From: an uncultured Holophagales bacterium | GTDB lineage: Bacteria; Acidobacteriota; Thermoanaerobaculia; Multivoradales; UBA5704 | Assembly: GCA_963842525.1 (NCBI GenBank) | Contig: CAWJGT010000001.1 | Location: 288,001-352,000 of the forward strand | Length of the DNA stretch: 64,000 nucleotides | Direction: 5' to 3' | Shown: positions 60,928 to 64,000 of the stretch, in pieces | Layout of the letters: every line of letters starts with the position of its first letter | How positions within the stretch are numbered: the first letter of the stretch is position 1 | Notes under the pieces: generated by a model | The model's input: the letters and a program-made list of their open reading frames with translations, nothing else | Databases searched by the model: none | Told to the model about the DNA's origin: nothing | Translations under genes and position numbers: made by a program

Positions 60928-62205
60928 TCAGCGGTTGACCGGCCGCTCGTTGATCCAGTGGAAGCCCCGGCTGATGAGCAGGAACCGGGAATCGTCCATC
61001 CGGCGGAACCGGCCGCGGATCTGCTTGCCGTTCACCGTCCCCTCCAAGGCGAGCACGTCCGGCCCGACCCGCTTGAAGGAGATGGCGGCCTTCCACTCCG
61101 GGTCGCAGCAGAGGGTGAACACGTGTGGCCCGGGATCCAGTCTGAGCTCGTATTCGTGGACCTCGGTCGCGTGTGGGTACTGGATGCCGATGGCCCCCGG
61201 CCACTCGAAGACCAGCCGTCGCCACAGCGTCTCGTCCGTGACCAGCAGCGGCCGGACGGCCCCGTCGACCGCGAGCTCCTCGACCTCCCAGATCCCGTAC
61301 AACCGCTGCTGGGTCGCCACGTCCGCAAATTGCAGCCTGTCCTCGTAGGATCGGTGGAGCGCAGCGACGGTGATGTACAGAATGAACACCGTGCGGAAGA
61401 CCAGCGCGGCGAGGTTGCCTTGGCGGCTGGCGAAGAGCGGGCGCTGCTCGGCCGGCGGCACCGGGCGGTTCCAGACGAACAGGCTCGCGAGCCGCCTCAG
61501 GTCGGGAGCGGCCAGGAAGACGGCCATCAGGAGCAGGTGGGATGAGTACAGCTTGACCGGCACGTCGTAGCTGAGGTTGAGCATGACCACGTTGCTCAGG
61601 ACTCCGATGCACACGAGCGCGCCGAGCAGCGTCGTGCGGCGGGCGACGAGCAGCAGGCCGCCGAGCATCTCGGCCGCGCCGGTGAAGATGACGTAGGGAA
61701 TGGACGCCCCCATGAACGTCCACAGGAGCCCCATCGGCGAGCTCTCGCCGATCGGCTGCAGGAGGGTGCTCGGAAACGGGGTGCCGAACTGCTCCGGGAT
61801 GACCTTGTACGCTCCATACAGGATCATCGCAGCCGCGAGCGCGAAGCGGACGTAGACCCGCAGCCATGCGTGGAGCTGCGCGTAGTTGGCGCGCCGGCTG
61901 TCCAGGAGCGTCCAGACGGCCGTGGCCGCCAGCGCGAGGATCAAATAGCAGAAGATGAGCACGTAGCTGTAGGTCGTGTCTCCCCTGGGGCGATAGAGGA
62001 CCTCGACCCCGAATATGTGCTCTCCCACCCAGGGCGGGACCACTTTCCAGGTCTCCGTATACGACTCTCTCAGGATCTCGCCATAGGCGGGAATGACGCT
62101 CAGGAGGTAGGGGACGTTGTAGAGGACAAGGTAGGAGAACAGGAACCGGAACAGGGCTCGCTGCACGGCTCCCCACGCGGAGTTGTCCTGCCTCAGTTGC
62201 TCCAT
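60928..62205 (-). CDS. DoxX-like membrane protein
   Basis: YGAYKVIPEQF, SPMGLLWTFMGAS, EMLGGLLL, LNLSYDVPVKLYS. Confidence 0.8.
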   Translation of the reverse strand: MEQLRQDNSAWGAVQRALFRFLFSYLVLYNVPYLLSVIPAYGEILRESYTETWKVVPPWVGEHIFGVEVLYRPRGDTTYSYVLIFCYLILALAATAVWTLLDSRRANYAQLHAWLRVYVRFALAAAMILYGAYKVIPEQFGTPFPSTLLQPIGESSPMGLLWTFMGASIPYVIFTGAAEMLGGLLLVARRTTLLGALVCIGVLSNVVMLNLSYDVPVKLYSSHLLLMAVFLAAPDLRRLASLFVWNRPVPPAEQRPLFASRQGNLAALVFRTVFILYITVAALHRSYEDRLQFADVATQQRLYGIWEVEELAVDGAVRPLLVTDETLWRRLVFEWPGAIGIQYPHATEVHEYELRLDPGPHVFTLCCDPEWKAAISFKRVGPDVLALEGTVNGKQIRGRFRRMDDSRFLLISRGFHWINERPVNR

Positions 62206-62488
62206 CTTGCCTCCGTGGTCGGTGAGGCCAGTGTACCCTACCCCCCTATTTCCCGTTCTCCTGCTTCGGATCGATCCGAAGCCTTCCAGAAGATTTTGGC
62301 GGACTGTCCGGATGACGTGATGCTCATTCAAGAAAGGACTGGGGACAAGATCCACATAACCCTGACGAGAGAGAGGAGATGAGCGGCCCGGCCCGGCGGA
62401 GGTGCAAGGCGTTTATCTGAAGGGGGTGAATGGGGGAGCATAGGAAGGACAGGTTGAAATCATCCAGCTTTACACCTATGCTCCCGCC

Positions 62489-62761
62489 ATGGCATTGAAC
62501 ATCAAGAGCCCGGAGGTGGAGAAGTTGGTGACGGCTGTCGCCGCGATGACCGGCGAGAGCAAGACGGAAGCCGTCCTTCGTGCCTTGGCGGAGCGCCGCG
62601 AGCGGCTGAGCCTGCAACACCCACGTCGTGAGCGCGGCAGCGATTTCCTGCGCTATCTCAACGAGGAGGTGTGGCCGAAGGCCCCGCCGGGCCAACTTGG
62701 CCGTCGCCTCAGCCGCGAGGAGGAGGACAAGATCCTTGGGTACGGACCGGGGGGCGTGTGA
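62489..62761 (+). CDS. vapB: VapB antitoxin (Rv0623-like)
   Basis: MALNIKSPEVEKL...TGESKTEAV...ILGY. Confidence 0.88.
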   Translation: MALNIKSPEVEKLVTAVAAMTGESKTEAVLRALAERRERLSLQHPRRERGSDFLRYLNEEVWPKAPPGQLGRRLSREEEDKILGYGPGGV

Positions 62762-63144
62762 TTCTCGACACCTCGGTCGTTGTCGCCATCGCCTTGCGAG
62801 AGCCGGGCTATGAGGATCTGGTAGCCAGGCTTCGGTCCGCGGAGACGATCGGCATCGGCGCTCCGACCCTCACGGAAGCCGGAATGGTGCTGTCGGCGCG
62901 CCTGGGTGTCGAGCCGCAAGCTCTACTGGATCGGTTTCTCCGCGATTTCGGGGTCGTGCCGGTGGTCTTTGGAGAGCTGCACTGGCGGGAAGCACTGGAA
63001 GCCTTCCGCCGTTTCGGCAAGGGGCGGCATCCGGCCGCCCTCAACTTCGGTGATTGCCTGAGCTACGCCGCCGCCCGGCTCGCCGACCATCCTCTTCTCT
63101 TCGTCGGCAACGACTTCTCCCAGACAGACATCGAGGCGGCCTGA
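62758..63144 (+). CDS. vapC: VapC PIN-domain toxin
   Basis: ILDTSVVVAI, FGKGRHPAALNFGDCLSYA, GNDF. Confidence 0.92.
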   Translation: MILDTSVVVAIALREPGYEDLVARLRSAETIGIGAPTLTEAGMVLSARLGVEPQALLDRFLRDFGVVPVVFGELHWREALEAFRRFGKGRHPAALNFGDCLSYAAARLADHPLLFVGNDFSQTDIEAA

Positions 63145-63225
63145 GCGCCCGCGCTTGAGAGCCCGTGAGGGGGAGTCTCATCCTCCTCGTGGCCGGCTCT
63201 CTATCTTCTAACTGGACCGGGACTG

Positions 63226-63613
63226 TCAGGCCCAAAGGATCTCGACTTCGTAGGGCTCCAGGAGCCGGTCGTGCGTGACGAGGGTCAAGCCTTCGGCTTG
63301 CGCCTGGGCAACCAGCATCCGGTCGAAAGGGTCCCGGTGGTGGGGAGGAAGGGCGCCGGCCCGCTCGGCGTGGGAGAACGTGATGAGGAGCCTCTCGAAA
63401 CCGCTCGCGAGGACACCTGCCTCCATCGTGTCGGGGAAGCTCGAGACGGCCCAAAGAGACCTTGATCGCAGCCTCCCAGGCTGAGGCCGCGCTCACGAAC
63501 ACGATTTCTGCCGATGCGATCTTGCTTTGTACGTCGGCGGCCAACCGAGAGGGCTCGCCACGCCACCAGAGAAAGACGTGGGTATCGAGTAGGAGCCGGG
63601 TTGAAGGGTTCAC
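63226..63613 (-). CDS. vapC: VapC PIN-domain toxin (frameshift near 63436)
   Basis: LLLDTHVFLWW, SAASAWE, then HHRDPFDRMLVAQA...LVTHD in a second frame. Confidence 0.88.
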
Positions 63614-63621
63614 TCACGCCC

Positions 63622-63858
63622 TCACTCAAAGGCGACCTGGATCTCCGGCGGCAGGGGAGCGTCGAAGTCTTCCGAGATGCGCACCCTGCCTTCCCATCCG
63701 CCAGGCCGACGCGGCCCAGGAGGCCGATGGAATGGCACAAGCTTGGCGAGAGGCTTGCCCGCCTTGGACAGAATGATCTCCTCACCGTTCGCGGCGCGGT
63801 CGACGAGCCGCGAGAGAGAAGTTTTCGCCTCGTACAGATTGTAGATGACCTCGGACAT
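63622..63858 (-). CDS. Phd/YefM family antitoxin
   Basis: NLYEAKTSLSRLV...GEEIILSKAGKPLAKLVP...DFDAPLP. Confidence 0.9.
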   Translation of the reverse strand: MSEVIYNLYEAKTSLSRLVDRAANGEEIILSKAGKPLAKLVPFHRPPGPRRPGGWEGRVRISEDFDAPLPPEIQVAFE

Positions 63859-64000
63859 CGGAAGACCCCCAGGTTGACCAACCCTGACCAAGTCTAAGGA
63901 GTCCGGTGGTCGCGGTCAAGAGGCAGCGCTCGGCCTTTCTCGCCAACTCCGCAGCCTGAAACAGGTGCACTGTATAGTCAGGGACGGTCCCTCCCTCCCG

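Overview
GC-rich bacterial chromosome segment. The gene content (PKD/LVIVD giant protein, paralogous PAATLLLPYFEV secreted proteins) suggests Acidobacteriota/Thermoanaerobaculia; this is inference. 1-8.9 kb is core: nuoL-nuoM-nuoN, a SigH/SigR-like ECF sigma with zf-HC2 anti-sigma, a Cys-less TlpA-like thioredoxin, an M23 peptidase and a GHMP kinase. 8.9-11.7 kb is a divergent XRE-HTH / TPR / secreted-protein operon whose secreted product carries three copies of ARMHIIDIG, reminiscent of RRNPP peptide signalling. 11.8-31.9 kb is a cell-surface locus in which wzm and wzt bracket three near-identical secreted paralogs (S-layer or filament candidates), an FG-GAP protein, a ~1600-aa PKD protein and an arylsulfotransferase, followed by glycan-tailoring genes. 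32-64 kb is an accessory region. It holds three 19-21-bp tandem arrays (one running up to a coiled-coil/winged-helix gene), several cassettes bounded by duplicated gene ends, five toxin-antitoxin loci and two Cys-rich secreted peptides. It also holds a SNF2-DUF1156-DUF499 restriction-like defence system whose methyltransferase contains an in-frame RAYT transposase flanked by REP inverted repeats. Many single-base frameshifts look like assembly errors. All family assignments come from motif recognition by eye; no database search was run.
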